IMG/VR virus record: IMGVR_UViG_3300033143_003067
Origin: a virus
Direction: 5' to 3' (one strand)
Length of the DNA stretch: 43,750 nucleotides
The translations under genes were made by a program, and so were the position numbers. Positions 1 through 9,068 of the stretch are shown here, one piece after another (positions within the stretch are counted from its first letter, which is position 1; each line of letters opens with the position of its first letter). The notes beneath the pieces are model-generated. The model did not search any database, had not been told where the DNA came from, and worked only from the letters and a program-made list of their open reading frames with translations.

Positions 1-114
1 TAATACTTTAATATCCATATTTACAGGAGCGCTTAATGCTACGATATATTTCTACGATACTGCTATATCTGATTGGGGAACTTCTACGGTAACTAATCTT
101 GATAATAACGCTAA
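1..114. repeat. Terminal direct repeat, copy 1 (identical to 43637..43750). The contig closes into a 43,636-bp circle.
   Basis: All 114 nt match 43637..43750 when read side by side. A long ORF reads through the junction in frame. Confidence 0.95.
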
Positions 115-1249
115 AGTAAGAACAGCAGTATTTAATGATAGAGTATTTATAGTTAACGGAATTACCTCTGCTCGTTCATCTTTAGATATTGGCAATGACT
201 GGAATTATGAGAATACGCCTAATAATGTTATTCCATCATTAATATTCAGAACTAAAGAACGATTGATATGCGCTGGAGTTCCTGCTTATCCAGATAGAGT
301 ATATTTTTCATCTGTGATTGATCCGACTGCCGCACCTTTTATAACTTGGAATAATGATAATGATACTGGAGATTTTATAGATATAAATCCTAACGATGGT
401 TCAAATATAACTGGTTTTGCTGAATCTTCTAATCAAACACTTATATTCAAAGAACACGCTTTATACAGAATGAATGTCATCTCTAAAACAGTTGATAATG
501 AAAGTATCTCTAATGTAGGAGCAGTTTCACAAGAGGGAATAACAACTTGTCAGGGAATAGTGTATTTCTTTAGTGGAATTGATATTAGAAGAACTAATGG
601 AGGTTATCCAGAACAGATTTCACGGTTAGGAGTTCAAGATTGGATAGATGCTATTCCACAAGCTAATTGGAAGAATGTTGTTGCTGGACAAGATGGCTGG
701 AATGTTACTTTCGCCATAGGAGATATTACTTTAAATGAAAATCAAGATAATGAAAGAACATACAAGAATGTAGAATTGAAGTTTTCTACAAGAGATGAAA
801 CTTGGTCAGTTCATTCTAAAGCAGATAGATATAGAGCATTTGCTAATTATACTACTGAAACAGATGGCAGAAAAATGGTAGGAGCTGAAAGAGATGGAGC
901 AGTTCAGACAATAGATAAAGGAACGACTGATAACACTACTCCAATATATTACGAGTTAGAAACACAAGAGCAAGAATTTGGAAATAGATTTCATCTTAAA
1001 AAGATTTCAGACAAATTAAGCGTGATTTGTCAATATGGATTAGATGGCGCTTTCCAAGCAAAAGAGAATGATGGAGATTTTAAGGATTTGAATATAACTT
1101 TAAATAAAAGAGTGAATATAGGGCAAAAGATTAATTTAGAGGGTAATTTCTTCACTTTTAGGTGGTATGGTAATTCCAGCCAAAAAGCTCCTATTTTAGA
1201 GGGGATTTATGTGGAAAACATAACAGATTTAGGATTTATAAAAAAATGA
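1..1249 (+). CDS. Virion structural protein, 3' part of the junction-spanning gene that starts at 43404 (493 aa once circularised)
   Basis: The frame of track ORF 263..1249 stays open back to nt 2 and is in phase with the ATG at 43404 (43637 = nt 1). Stop 1247-1249 overlaps the next ATG (ATGA). Confidence 0.8.
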   Translation, partial: NTLISIFTGALNATIYFYDTAISDWGTSTVTNLDNNAKVRTAVFNDRVFIVNGITSARSSLDIGNDWNYENTPNNVIPSLIFRTKERLICAGVPAYPDRVYFSSVIDPTAAPFITWNNDNDTGDFIDINPNDGSNITGFAESSNQTLIFKEHALYRMNVISKTVDNESISNVGAVSQEGITTCQGIVYFFSGIDIRRTNGGYPEQISRLGVQDWIDAIPQANWKNVVAGQDGWNVTFAIGDITLNENQDNERTYKNVELKFSTRDETWSVHSKADRYRAFANYTTETDGRKMVGAERDGAVQTIDKGTTDNTTPIYYELETQEQEFGNRFHLKKISDKLSVICQYGLDGAFQAKENDGDFKDLNITLNKRVNIGQKINLEGNFFTFRWYGNSSQKAPILEGIYVENITDLGFIKK

Positions 1250-2037
1250 GTTTAGAAAACTACGACAAATTTGGAAATTATATTGACGCAATGAAAGAGA
1301 ATTTTAGTTTGCTTCCTAATCAAGTTACAGATGAGATAAATTCATCAATAATACCAAGAATAAAAGAACAAACTGTTATTGAAGGTTCAACTTATTTAAC
1401 TGGAACATTTGTATCTACTGAAGTTACTTTAGCAGAAGAAAGAATAAACTCTTTATTTAAAAAATATGTATTTATAGGAAGTTATCAAGATGCTTTGACA
1501 GAAACACCGGGAGCAGGCGGCTCTATATCAAGATTTTTAATATTAACAAGATTAAGGTCAGCTGGAGTAGATTGCACTCTAAGTAGTGTTAGAACTGATG
1601 TATCTTCTGGAGGCACATTTCGCACCTCTGTCAGAGATTTTGAAACAACAATGGCAGTTCAATTAAGTGCTATAGTAACTCAAGATGTTATTTGGGGAAT
1701 AACAGATGGAAATACTACTTTACCTGTTAATGCTGCTCTGGTTACTCATCATTTTGCTTTTATAGTAGAAGATGGTGATTTATATGCTTCAAATGGAGAT
1801 GGAAGTCAAACCAAAACTCAAATTACTGGTATTACTCTTACTGATTTGAATGTTTATAGGATAGAATATGATGCTTCTACTGGAATAACAAAGTTTTATG
1901 TTAATGATGTATTAGAAGTAACTCATACTACTGATGGTTCAGGAGCAACCGACCCCAGTTTCTTGTTCGGAATAAATGCTATTGCTGGAACTAAAGATTT
2001 AAAGATTACAAATAATTATATGATAATACATTCATAA
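1246..2037 (+). CDS. Virion protein of unknown function (263 aa)
   Basis: Track ORF, ATGA-coupled to the upstream gene, with its stop 1 nt before the next ATG. It lies inside the structural operon. Confidence 0.75.
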   Translation: MSLENYDKFGNYIDAMKENFSLLPNQVTDEINSSIIPRIKEQTVIEGSTYLTGTFVSTEVTLAEERINSLFKKYVFIGSYQDALTETPGAGGSISRFLILTRLRSAGVDCTLSSVRTDVSSGGTFRTSVRDFETTMAVQLSAIVTQDVIWGITDGNTTLPVNAALVTHHFAFIVEDGDLYASNGDGSQTKTQITGITLTDLNVYRIEYDASTGITKFYVNDVLEVTHTTDGSGATDPSFLFGINAIAGTKDLKITNNYMIIHS

Positions 2038-2038
2038 T

Positions 2039-3358
2039 ATGCCAATTACTACATCACAAGGAAAAATGCCTTCAATAGGAGAAGTTTATATAGAAAAAAC
2101 TTATTCTGGCCAACCGGGTTATTTTAGGATTTTCAAAATGACAGAACAAGGCCCAGATTTTTATAAAGAAGATAAAGCTCATTTTTATCAGCCTTCTACT
2201 GGAAAGATATATAAATCGGGAACTACTACTCAATTTGAAGATACAGGAGAGAAATTAGACACTACACCTCCTAAATATAATACAGCAGATGTAAGTTCTT
2301 TTGCTGAAAGTGCTGAATTTGCTCAAATACAGGGAGTTCCATATACAGGAAGGCAACGATATACAGAACAGCAATTAACTGGGGAAGTTCCTAAAATAGG
2401 AGAAGTTGGAGGAGTTGGAGTGCCTAGAGGAACTACGCCTACTCAAGGAGGAGGACAACCTACAACTCACGAAGTTAGAGAGGGAGAAACGCTTTCTCAA
2501 ATAGGACAGAGATACGGAGTAGATTGGAGGCAGATAACAGGATTTCGTTCTGGAGACCCGGACCTTATTTATCCGGGTGAAGTTTTAAATATACCTTCTG
2601 GTGCTGGAGGACAAGTTCCAGGACAAATCGCTCCTACTGGGCAACCAGGCGACACAGGAGGTGTTTCAGGGAGGGGAATAGTAGGAGGAGATGGTGGAGT
2701 GCCAATATCAAATATCCCTGAAGAAATAAGAAATATGTTAAGTCCTGAAGAATTATCATTCTGGGAGCCGATGTGGGCATTTTTAGCTCAAAAACAAGAA
2801 CAAGGAAAAGAAATTCCGCCAGTTCTTTCACCTGCTGAATTAGATTCACTTTGGCAAGAAGCAAAAGCAGATCCAGTCATTTCCAAATATTTTTCTGATC
2901 AATTAAGAATAGGAGAAACAAATTTAACTAATATGATAGCGGATGTAGCCGAAGAAAGTGGACAGTGGAGTCGTGAACAAAGTGAGGTATTTAAGCAACA
3001 ACGAATAACAGGAGCAGAAGAAGCTGTAGCTGGAGGCAGAGCATTTTCAGGCTACCGTCAACAAGCCCGAGAGCGTCTTCAAAGGGAACAAACAGGTATA
3101 GTTTCTTCAACAAGGCGACAATTACAAAGACAATTACGCCAAGCAGGACAAGCATTTGAAACTGCGTTTGGAACTGCTCAACTTCCAACAATGGGATTAC
3201 CTTTTACTGATCCTCTTACTAAAAAAACTGAACAACTACAATTTCAATCATACGGAGATATTGCTGGAGGTGCGGCAACCGAACAATTATCAGCAGAAGA
3301 ACAAAGGTATCAAGATTTAATAAGAGAAAGTTTACAACAGAAAGGAGCTTACTATTGA
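2039..3358 (+). CDS. LysM-domain virion protein (439 aa) with Gly/Pro-rich linkers and a Gln/Arg-rich C-terminal helix
   Basis: aa 143-186 HEVREGETLSQIGQRYGVDWRQITGFRSGDPDLIYPGEVLNIP fits the LysM peptidoglycan-binding motif. Confidence 0.75.
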   Translation: MPITTSQGKMPSIGEVYIEKTYSGQPGYFRIFKMTEQGPDFYKEDKAHFYQPSTGKIYKSGTTTQFEDTGEKLDTTPPKYNTADVSSFAESAEFAQIQGVPYTGRQRYTEQQLTGEVPKIGEVGGVGVPRGTTPTQGGGQPTTHEVREGETLSQIGQRYGVDWRQITGFRSGDPDLIYPGEVLNIPSGAGGQVPGQIAPTGQPGDTGGVSGRGIVGGDGGVPISNIPEEIRNMLSPEELSFWEPMWAFLAQKQEQGKEIPPVLSPAELDSLWQEAKADPVISKYFSDQLRIGETNLTNMIADVAEESGQWSREQSEVFKQQRITGAEEAVAGGRAFSGYRQQARERLQREQTGIVSSTRRQLQRQLRQAGQAFETAFGTAQLPTMGLPFTDPLTKKTEQLQFQSYGDIAGGAATEQLSAEEQRYQDLIRESLQQKGAYY

Positions 3359-3373
3359 CAATTTAATAAGGAA

Positions 3374-3464
3374 ATCTTATAATTAAAGTAAAGCTGTTGG
3401 TTTTTATTATGCCCCCGCATAGCCAACAGCTTAGCGGGGGCGTTTATTAACTAATTATAAGATT
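3374..3464 (+). promoter_or_regulatory. Structured leader, copy A, in front of an HNH gene: TATAAT box, two interleaved GC-rich helices, U-tract
   Basis: H1 is AAGCTGTTGG 3391-3400 / CCAACAGCTT 3423-3432. H2 is GCCCCCGC 3411-3418 / GCGGGGGC 3434-3441, followed by GTTTATT. The conserved blocks recur at 14858-14949. Confidence 0.6.
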
Positions 3465-4190
3465 ATGATTAAAAGAAACTCAAAAGGACAATTTGTTAAA
3501 GGAATTATTCCACATAATAAAGGAAAGCAATGGTCTAAAAAGCATAAAATAAAACTTAAGTTAGCTTGGATTAAAAGAAAGGAAAAAGGATATATAACTT
3601 GGAATAAGGGAAAACATATAAAAGTTAACGATGCTTTAAAAATATGGAGAGAAAATGGAGGTCAACCTTGGAATAAAGGTAAAAAAGAATTACAAGTTGC
3701 TTGGAATAAAGGAAAGGAAATGTCTAATAAATATAGAAAAAAATGTAGTAAAGCACAAAAAGGAAAAAAACTTTCTAAAGAAACAAAAAATAAATTAAGT
3801 AAAATAGCAAAAGAAAATGGATTTGGTCAATGGATGAAAGGTAAGAAGCTTTCTGAAGAAACAAAAAGGAAATGTAGTGAAGCACATAGAGGAAAAAAAT
3901 CATATAACTATAAAGGTAATTCTAAATTATGTCATCTTATAAGGAATTGTTATAAATATAAACAATGGACTAAAGCAGTTTTTGAAAGAGATAACTATAT
4001 TTGCCAAAAGTGTAAAATAAGAGGAGGAAAACTCCACGCTCACCATATTAAAAAGTTTAGTTTAATTTTAGAAGAAAATAATATCAAATCATTAAAAGAA
4101 ACACTTAATTGCGAAGAATTATGGAATATAAATAATGGCATAACATATTGTAAAATATGCCATAAAATAATACATAAAAAATATGCCTAA
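3465..4190 (+). CDS. HNH homing endonuclease with N-terminal NUMOD3-like repeats
   Basis: C-terminal CQKCK..HAHHI..NNGITYCKICH matches the HNH motif. WNKGK and KGKKLS.ETK.K modules repeat in the N-terminal part. Confidence 0.85.
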   Translation: MIKRNSKGQFVKGIIPHNKGKQWSKKHKIKLKLAWIKRKEKGYITWNKGKHIKVNDALKIWRENGGQPWNKGKKELQVAWNKGKEMSNKYRKKCSKAQKGKKLSKETKNKLSKIAKENGFGQWMKGKKLSEETKRKCSEAHRGKKSYNYKGNSKLCHLIRNCYKYKQWTKAVFERDNYICQKCKIRGGKLHAHHIKKFSLILEENNIKSLKETLNCEELWNINNGITYCKICHKIIHKKYA

Positions 4191-5514
4191 CCCTACTAAT
4201 TTATACGAATACTATACTTCAAAAGGTCAACAATTACCTTCAATTCAAGAAAGGGGTGTTTTATATTCTCAACAAGGATTAGGAACTGGATATACTGGAA
4301 CAGCAGAACAAAATACTGCTTTACTTCAAAAACTATCGGTAGGAGATATTTCAGGAACTATGACTATTCCTCCGGTAGGAACTACACCTACTACTCCAAC
4401 TCCACCACTAGCAGGAGGAACGCCAGAAACGACAGGAGGACAAACAGGTATGGGAACTACTGATCCTATGAGATTTTATACAATAATGGATCAGATGAGT
4501 CAGAAGCTTAATAAAAATCAAGAATTAGTTGATATGAGGAATAAGGTGTTTACTCATTTATACGATAGGCCTTTGACAGATGAGGAGAGAGGTGCTTTGA
4601 CTCCGGAGCTTCAGCACGCAATAGAAACCAATGACTTTAATTTGATAAATTTTCACGTAAGAAAAATTAATGACGAAATTAAGGGTAGGAAAGACACTTT
4701 AGATCAGAGTATTGAATTCCTTTCAAGAGGATATGAATTACAACAGCAACAAATTGAAAGCCAAAGAGAACGAGCAGAAAGTATTTTAATGAGTGGTTTA
4801 GAAAAATATGGAGGCGATATATTAAACATTTATAGTCCTGAACAAATAGAACAATTAAGAAATATGGGATATGACATTGCTGGAATTGCCGGATTGCCAA
4901 GTGTAGAAGAAATAAAGGCAGGATTAAAGGGGGGAATTGGAACAATTCCCGGACAAACAATATCCTATGAACAATTATCTCCTACTGCTAAATTAGTTGT
5001 TGATGGAACTTTTAAACTATCTGATATTACTCCTACTCAAAAACAAGCGATAGCCAGTGAATTAGTTGCTTATGGATTTACTTATGCTATGGCTCAAGCA
5101 GATCAACAGAATGTTAGTTATATTAAAAATCAGTTAATGGGTGGAGGAGAAATAACATCTGATGAAAGTGTATTAGGTTCTTGGAAGAAAATACCCGATC
5201 AATATAAAGGACTTATTCAAGGTGCTTGGGGAGAACTTATAGGAAAAAAGATAAGTCCTGAAGTAGCGAGATTTAAAGCTTCTCAAGGAATAGTAGGTAT
5301 GCAACTTACACGATTATATGAAAAGGGTCGTATTTCCGATCAAGACAGGATATTTTATTTAAGTTTAATGCCTAATCTTTATATGAATGAAGCCGCAGCA
5401 GTAGCTGGGGCTAATGAATTAGTAAGATTATTACAAGAAAAATTAACTAATCAAGTAAATGAATTAGAGGGTTTGGGAGCAACCCAAAATGATTGGGAAT
5501 ATATCCCAGAATAA
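4183..5514 (+). CDS. Virion-associated protein of unknown function (443 aa), with a Thr/Pro/Gly-rich linker
   Basis: Track ORF. It overlaps the HNH stop by 8 nt and lies in the structural operon. Confidence 0.75.
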   Translation: MPNPTNLYEYYTSKGQQLPSIQERGVLYSQQGLGTGYTGTAEQNTALLQKLSVGDISGTMTIPPVGTTPTTPTPPLAGGTPETTGGQTGMGTTDPMRFYTIMDQMSQKLNKNQELVDMRNKVFTHLYDRPLTDEERGALTPELQHAIETNDFNLINFHVRKINDEIKGRKDTLDQSIEFLSRGYELQQQQIESQRERAESILMSGLEKYGGDILNIYSPEQIEQLRNMGYDIAGIAGLPSVEEIKAGLKGGIGTIPGQTISYEQLSPTAKLVVDGTFKLSDITPTQKQAIASELVAYGFTYAMAQADQQNVSYIKNQLMGGGEITSDESVLGSWKKIPDQYKGLIQGAWGELIGKKISPEVARFKASQGIVGMQLTRLYEKGRISDQDRIFYLSLMPNLYMNEAAAVAGANELVRLLQEKLTNQVNELEGLGATQNDWEYIPE

Positions 5515-6859
5515 TAATATGCCTTATAGAAATAAAAAAACAGGAAAAGTTATCTCTGATGAGGAATATCAGAAAACGATACAAAAGCAGATTAAACCTA
5601 CTAAAGGATTAACTTTTGCTGAAATATCACAAGAAACTCAGGAAGCAATGAAAAAGGGAGAAGAAGCTAAAGAGTTTTTAAAGAAACCTTGGTATAAACA
5701 ACTTTTACCTTCAAAATTTGCTCCTTCAGCAGGTGAAGTTATGAAAGAAGTTTTTGTAGATCCTTCATTAAAAGTTGCGAAAGCTGGATTGGAAACTCCA
5801 GAAACTATATTAAGAGGAGGAAAAACTCCAACAATTACAAGAGAAGCATTAACAGGAGTTCCTTTTCTTGGAAAAACTAAAAGTTATATTCAAGAACAAG
5901 AAGAAAGAGTGCCACAGATAATAGAAGGCGAAAAACCCTTATGGACTGCTGCTTTACCTTTTGCTGAAATTCCTTTATCAGTAGCAGAAGTTTTTATGTA
6001 TACAAAAGGATTAACAAAATTAAGTCCAAGTGTATGGAAAGTGGCAAAGAATATTATTACCAGAGAATCTAAAAAGTTTACTAATGTGCTTGAATTAGTT
6101 TCTAATCCTATTATTAAAAAAGAAGCCACTCAAGCAATAATGAGAGCTGGAAGACCGGGAGGAGTAAAAGTCAAGGGTATTATAAGGAAAAAACCTGTTA
6201 TTAAACCAACTTCTTATGAGCAAGAAATAGCAAAAACTGTTAGGCCGTTTTATAACAAAAATCCATTCAAATTCGCAGAAAAGATAAATAAAGGAATTGA
6301 AACAGAAGCAAAAAGCGTTTCAAATTTTCTTACAAAGAATAAAGTTGATTATAATCCAGACGAATTATTAGCTAAAATAGATGCTATTGAACCACCAGCT
6401 TTGATTACTCCAGAAAATGCGACTGCTGTTCAAAGAGCAAAAAATATAGCAAAAGATGTGATAACATCATCTGAAAATAATAATGTTGCTTTATGGGAGG
6501 TTAGAAAAACACTTGATAATATGTTTGAAAATGCCAAATCTGGAGTATTAGATCCAGATAGAGTAGCATCTATAAATTTAGTAGTAAGACGAGTAAGAAA
6601 AACAATTAACAATCATATTGCTGAAATAACAAAAGGAGGTCAACAATTTACCTCCCAAATGAAAAAAATGTCAAATATGTATAGTGCTTTAGATGAAATA
6701 GCAGATAAGAATTATAGGGTGTTAATTCAAGTATTAAAAGAAAAACCCCTATTAAAAAGAATGCTTAAAAAAGGATTAAGATATGCTGGATATGGAGTAG
6801 CAGGAGCTGTTGGAGGAACAATAGCTGGTCGTATATTTCGTGGAAAACCGAAATACTAA
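5489..6859 (+). CDS. Internal-virion-like protein with a C-terminal glycine-zipper hydrophobic segment. The likely true start is ATG 5519.
   Basis: Track ORF. ATG 5519 (MPYRNKK) is in frame, 5 nt after the upstream stop. The C-terminus reads YGVAGAVGGTIAGRIF. Confidence 0.75.
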   Translation: MIGNISQNNNMPYRNKKTGKVISDEEYQKTIQKQIKPTKGLTFAEISQETQEAMKKGEEAKEFLKKPWYKQLLPSKFAPSAGEVMKEVFVDPSLKVAKAGLETPETILRGGKTPTITREALTGVPFLGKTKSYIQEQEERVPQIIEGEKPLWTAALPFAEIPLSVAEVFMYTKGLTKLSPSVWKVAKNIITRESKKFTNVLELVSNPIIKKEATQAIMRAGRPGGVKVKGIIRKKPVIKPTSYEQEIAKTVRPFYNKNPFKFAEKINKGIETEAKSVSNFLTKNKVDYNPDELLAKIDAIEPPALITPENATAVQRAKNIAKDVITSSENNNVALWEVRKTLDNMFENAKSGVLDPDRVASINLVVRRVRKTINNHIAEITKGGQQFTSQMKKMSNMYSALDEIADKNYRVLIQVLKEKPLLKRMLKKGLRYAGYGVAGAVGGTIAGRIFRGKPKY

Positions 6860-6945
6860 ATAGCCAAAAAACCCATAACAAACCCGACTGCTATGGCAAT
6901 TATTATTCCTATATCTCCTATATCGTTGTTATAATCATTATTCAT
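6856..6945 (-). CDS. Possible 29-aa membrane micropeptide (MNNDYNNDIGDIGIIIAIAVGFVMGFLAI)
   Basis: Hand-translated ATG..TAG ORF with a hydrophobic C-terminal half. It is convergent with, and overlaps the stop of, 5489..6859. Confidence 0.25.
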   Translation of the reverse strand: MNNDYNNDIGDIGIIIAIAVGFVMGFLAI

Positions 6946-7009
6946 AATTCATCTTTCGGCGATTGTATGGATAAAAAACAGTAATTCCTCGCCAGAAAAT
7001 TTAGTTCTT

Positions 7010-7225
7010 TCATAATTTTTTTAGATTTCTTCTAACTTTATTTGCTTTTATTTCCTCCTTCTGTATTTTCTCTGCATCTTTATTAGCTTCAAACCCAGAC
7101 ATAAAAGCATTTCTATCTTTAGGAGAAAGATGTTTCCACCATTTCTTCCCTTTATAAATATATCTTAATTCTTTTCTTATTCTTGGATGTTTAGACATAA
7201 TAGTAGTCCTTCTTAATAAGCCCAT
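7010..7225 (-). CDS. Small basic protein (alternative start ATG 7198, MSKHPRIRK)
   Basis: Track ORF. It is the only - strand ORF in an otherwise non-coding gap of the + strand block. Confidence 0.45.
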   Translation of the reverse strand: MGLLRRTTIMSKHPRIRKELRYIYKGKKWWKHLSPKDRNAFMSGFEANKDAEKIQKEEIKANKVRRNLKKL

Positions 7226-7622
7226 AGATAAAAGCTCCTTCTACTTTCTTTCTTTAAAATAGAAGCAAATAGATTAAATAATAAAGAACAATGCCTTAAT
7301 GTATTACAACAAAGAAAGAAAATTTGACGGAAACATCAATTTAACCTTTAAACCGTCATAGTTCTTTTCCCAGATTATCTTACAGTTCAGAGCTGTTAGC
7401 GATAGATTATCCACTCAGCTAAACTTATCCTTTAATCTTTGAGCCGAATTATTCACGCTCTGCTTAAGATTAAAGACAATTAGCGCGAAAAAGAGCTATT
7501 GGTAACCAAAAAGGCTACCAAGCTGATATAGAACTTGATAGCCAAATTGGTCTTTCTTCGTTATAATATGTTAATAAGCTCTATATCAACTTATATTCCA
7601 ATTATATACCAACCATAAATAT

Positions 7623-8177
7623 ATGTCAATAGTAAAAAAATTAAGCGACCCCAAAACATTCTCCAAAATAATGTCCGTCCTAAAAATCCCTACCGAACAA
7701 ATAGAGGGAGAAGACTTTTCATATAATCTAAAATGGAATGGCAAAGAGTTTGAAAATGGAGATTATCCCGAATTAGTTAAAGCTACATCCGATAAATTAA
7801 AGAGCTTAATGGAAAAAACAGAATATCGTGGGCAAGTTTCATTAAAAGGAAAGCTTAATGATACCACTATTTCTTTATCAGAACTTCAATTTAATACTTC
7901 AGAAGCCTTAGAAGTCCCTGAAGAAAAGAAATCTGATAAGGATTTAATACTAAAAGAGAATGAAGGTCTTAAACAAAGAATGAAGCAAAATAGAGAAAGG
8001 TTAAAAGAGATAGATAGAATAGAGCAAGGTGAGAAGATAGAAAAAGAAATAACAGAGAAGATTAAAAAAATATATGAGAAAAAGTTAGAAGAAGAAAAAA
8101 AGAAAATGGATGCTCATATTAAAAAGATTAAAAAAGCTATTAAAATAACAATAAAAGAAGATGATGAATCCAACTAA
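7623..8177 (+). CDS. Lys/Glu-rich coiled-coil protein (184 aa)
   Basis: Track ORF that follows a ~400-nt non-coding region. The C-terminal half is K/E heptad-like. Confidence 0.7.
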   Translation: MSIVKKLSDPKTFSKIMSVLKIPTEQIEGEDFSYNLKWNGKEFENGDYPELVKATSDKLKSLMEKTEYRGQVSLKGKLNDTTISLSELQFNTSEALEVPEEKKSDKDLILKENEGLKQRMKQNRERLKEIDRIEQGEKIEKEITEKIKKIYEKKLEEEKKKMDAHIKKIKKAIKITIKEDDESN

Positions 8178-8940
8178 AAAGAAAAAACTAAAAAAGATTT
8201 TAGAAGTATTGAATACAGAAGAAGAAAATGACTTCTTTTCTTTGTCTAAAAAAATAGAAGTGCTTGGAGAAGATGTTAATTCGTTTTCTTTAGAAAATAA
8301 AACGACAAGAAAAAAATTAGAACTTGATATTGCTAATATAGATAAAAGAATAAAAAAGATTAAGAATACTGATATGTCGGAGATCACAGGATTACTGGAA
8401 GAAATGTTAAAAAGCTTTCTAGATATGAGAGCATCTGTGGAAAGTGGTAGAAAGGATTACTCTCTTACTATTCAACAGTTGATTAAACAGCTCTCACAAG
8501 GGCTTACAGGGGTTGAAAAGACGATTAAGGGTCAACCTAAACCAGTATGGAACTTTCCTCAATATCTTCAAACTGGGGTTAGGAATACTCAATTTAGCCC
8601 AATAAATCCTGCTACCGAAGAAGGACAAGCTATAATAGGCACTAACAGTTCTCCTTCTTCAACAGTGGGTAGTGGAACAACGACAATAGCTTCTCTTGGA
8701 GTAGCAGTTCAGGTTTCTGCTACATCTGTAGCTTGTAGAAGAGTTTGGGTAGGGGCGCACGAAAGTAATACTGGAACAGTGGTTGTAGGGGATTCTAATG
8801 TAGTAGCTGCTTCGGTAGGAAGAAGAGGATCTCCTTTATATCCAACTCAAGGAGATTATTTTAATATCGCAAATCTTAATCTTTTATATGTAGATTCAAC
8901 AGCTAACGGAGATAAAATAAATTATTATTATGAAGTTTAA
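8161..8940 (+). CDS. Structural protein of unknown function (259 aa)
   Basis: Track ORF. It overlaps the upstream gene by 17 nt and lies directly upstream of the tail-fibre gene. Confidence 0.7.
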   Translation: MMNPTKKKKLKKILEVLNTEEENDFFSLSKKIEVLGEDVNSFSLENKTTRKKLELDIANIDKRIKKIKNTDMSEITGLLEEMLKSFLDMRASVESGRKDYSLTIQQLIKQLSQGLTGVEKTIKGQPKPVWNFPQYLQTGVRNTQFSPINPATEEGQAIIGTNSSPSSTVGSGTTTIASLGVAVQVSATSVACRRVWVGAHESNTGTVVVGDSNVVAASVGRRGSPLYPTQGDYFNIANLNLLYVDSTANGDKINYYYEV

Positions 8941-8942
8941 AT

Positions 8943-9068
8943 ATGCCTAAAAAACCAGAATATATTTATAATACTAGAGGCGGTAGAACTGTTCGCCTTA
9001 AAATAAAAGACAAAAAAGTCGTGGCAGTTAAACCTGATTATATTAATAAAGAAACAAAATTAAAATGA
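8943..9068 (+). CDS. Small basic protein (41 aa, MPKKPEYIYNTRGG...)
   Basis: Hand-translated ORF. It starts 2 nt after the upstream stop and is ATGA-coupled to the tail-fibre ATG. Confidence 0.5.
   Translation: MPKKPEYIYNTRGGRTVRLKIKDKKVVAVKPDYINKETKLK

Noticed and set aside
1-114. The 114-bp terminal repeat as a true physical DTR
   Set aside because: The repeat lies inside a coding sequence that is intact only when circularised. Assembly overlap or circular permutation is the simpler reading. Read mapping would decide.
3359-4190. HNH genes as intron-encoded (group I intron splitting a structural gene)
   Set aside because: The flanking ORFs 2039..3358 and 4183..5514 each have their own start and stop and do not read as halves of one protein. 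I could trace no group I core pairings. The cassettes look free-standing.
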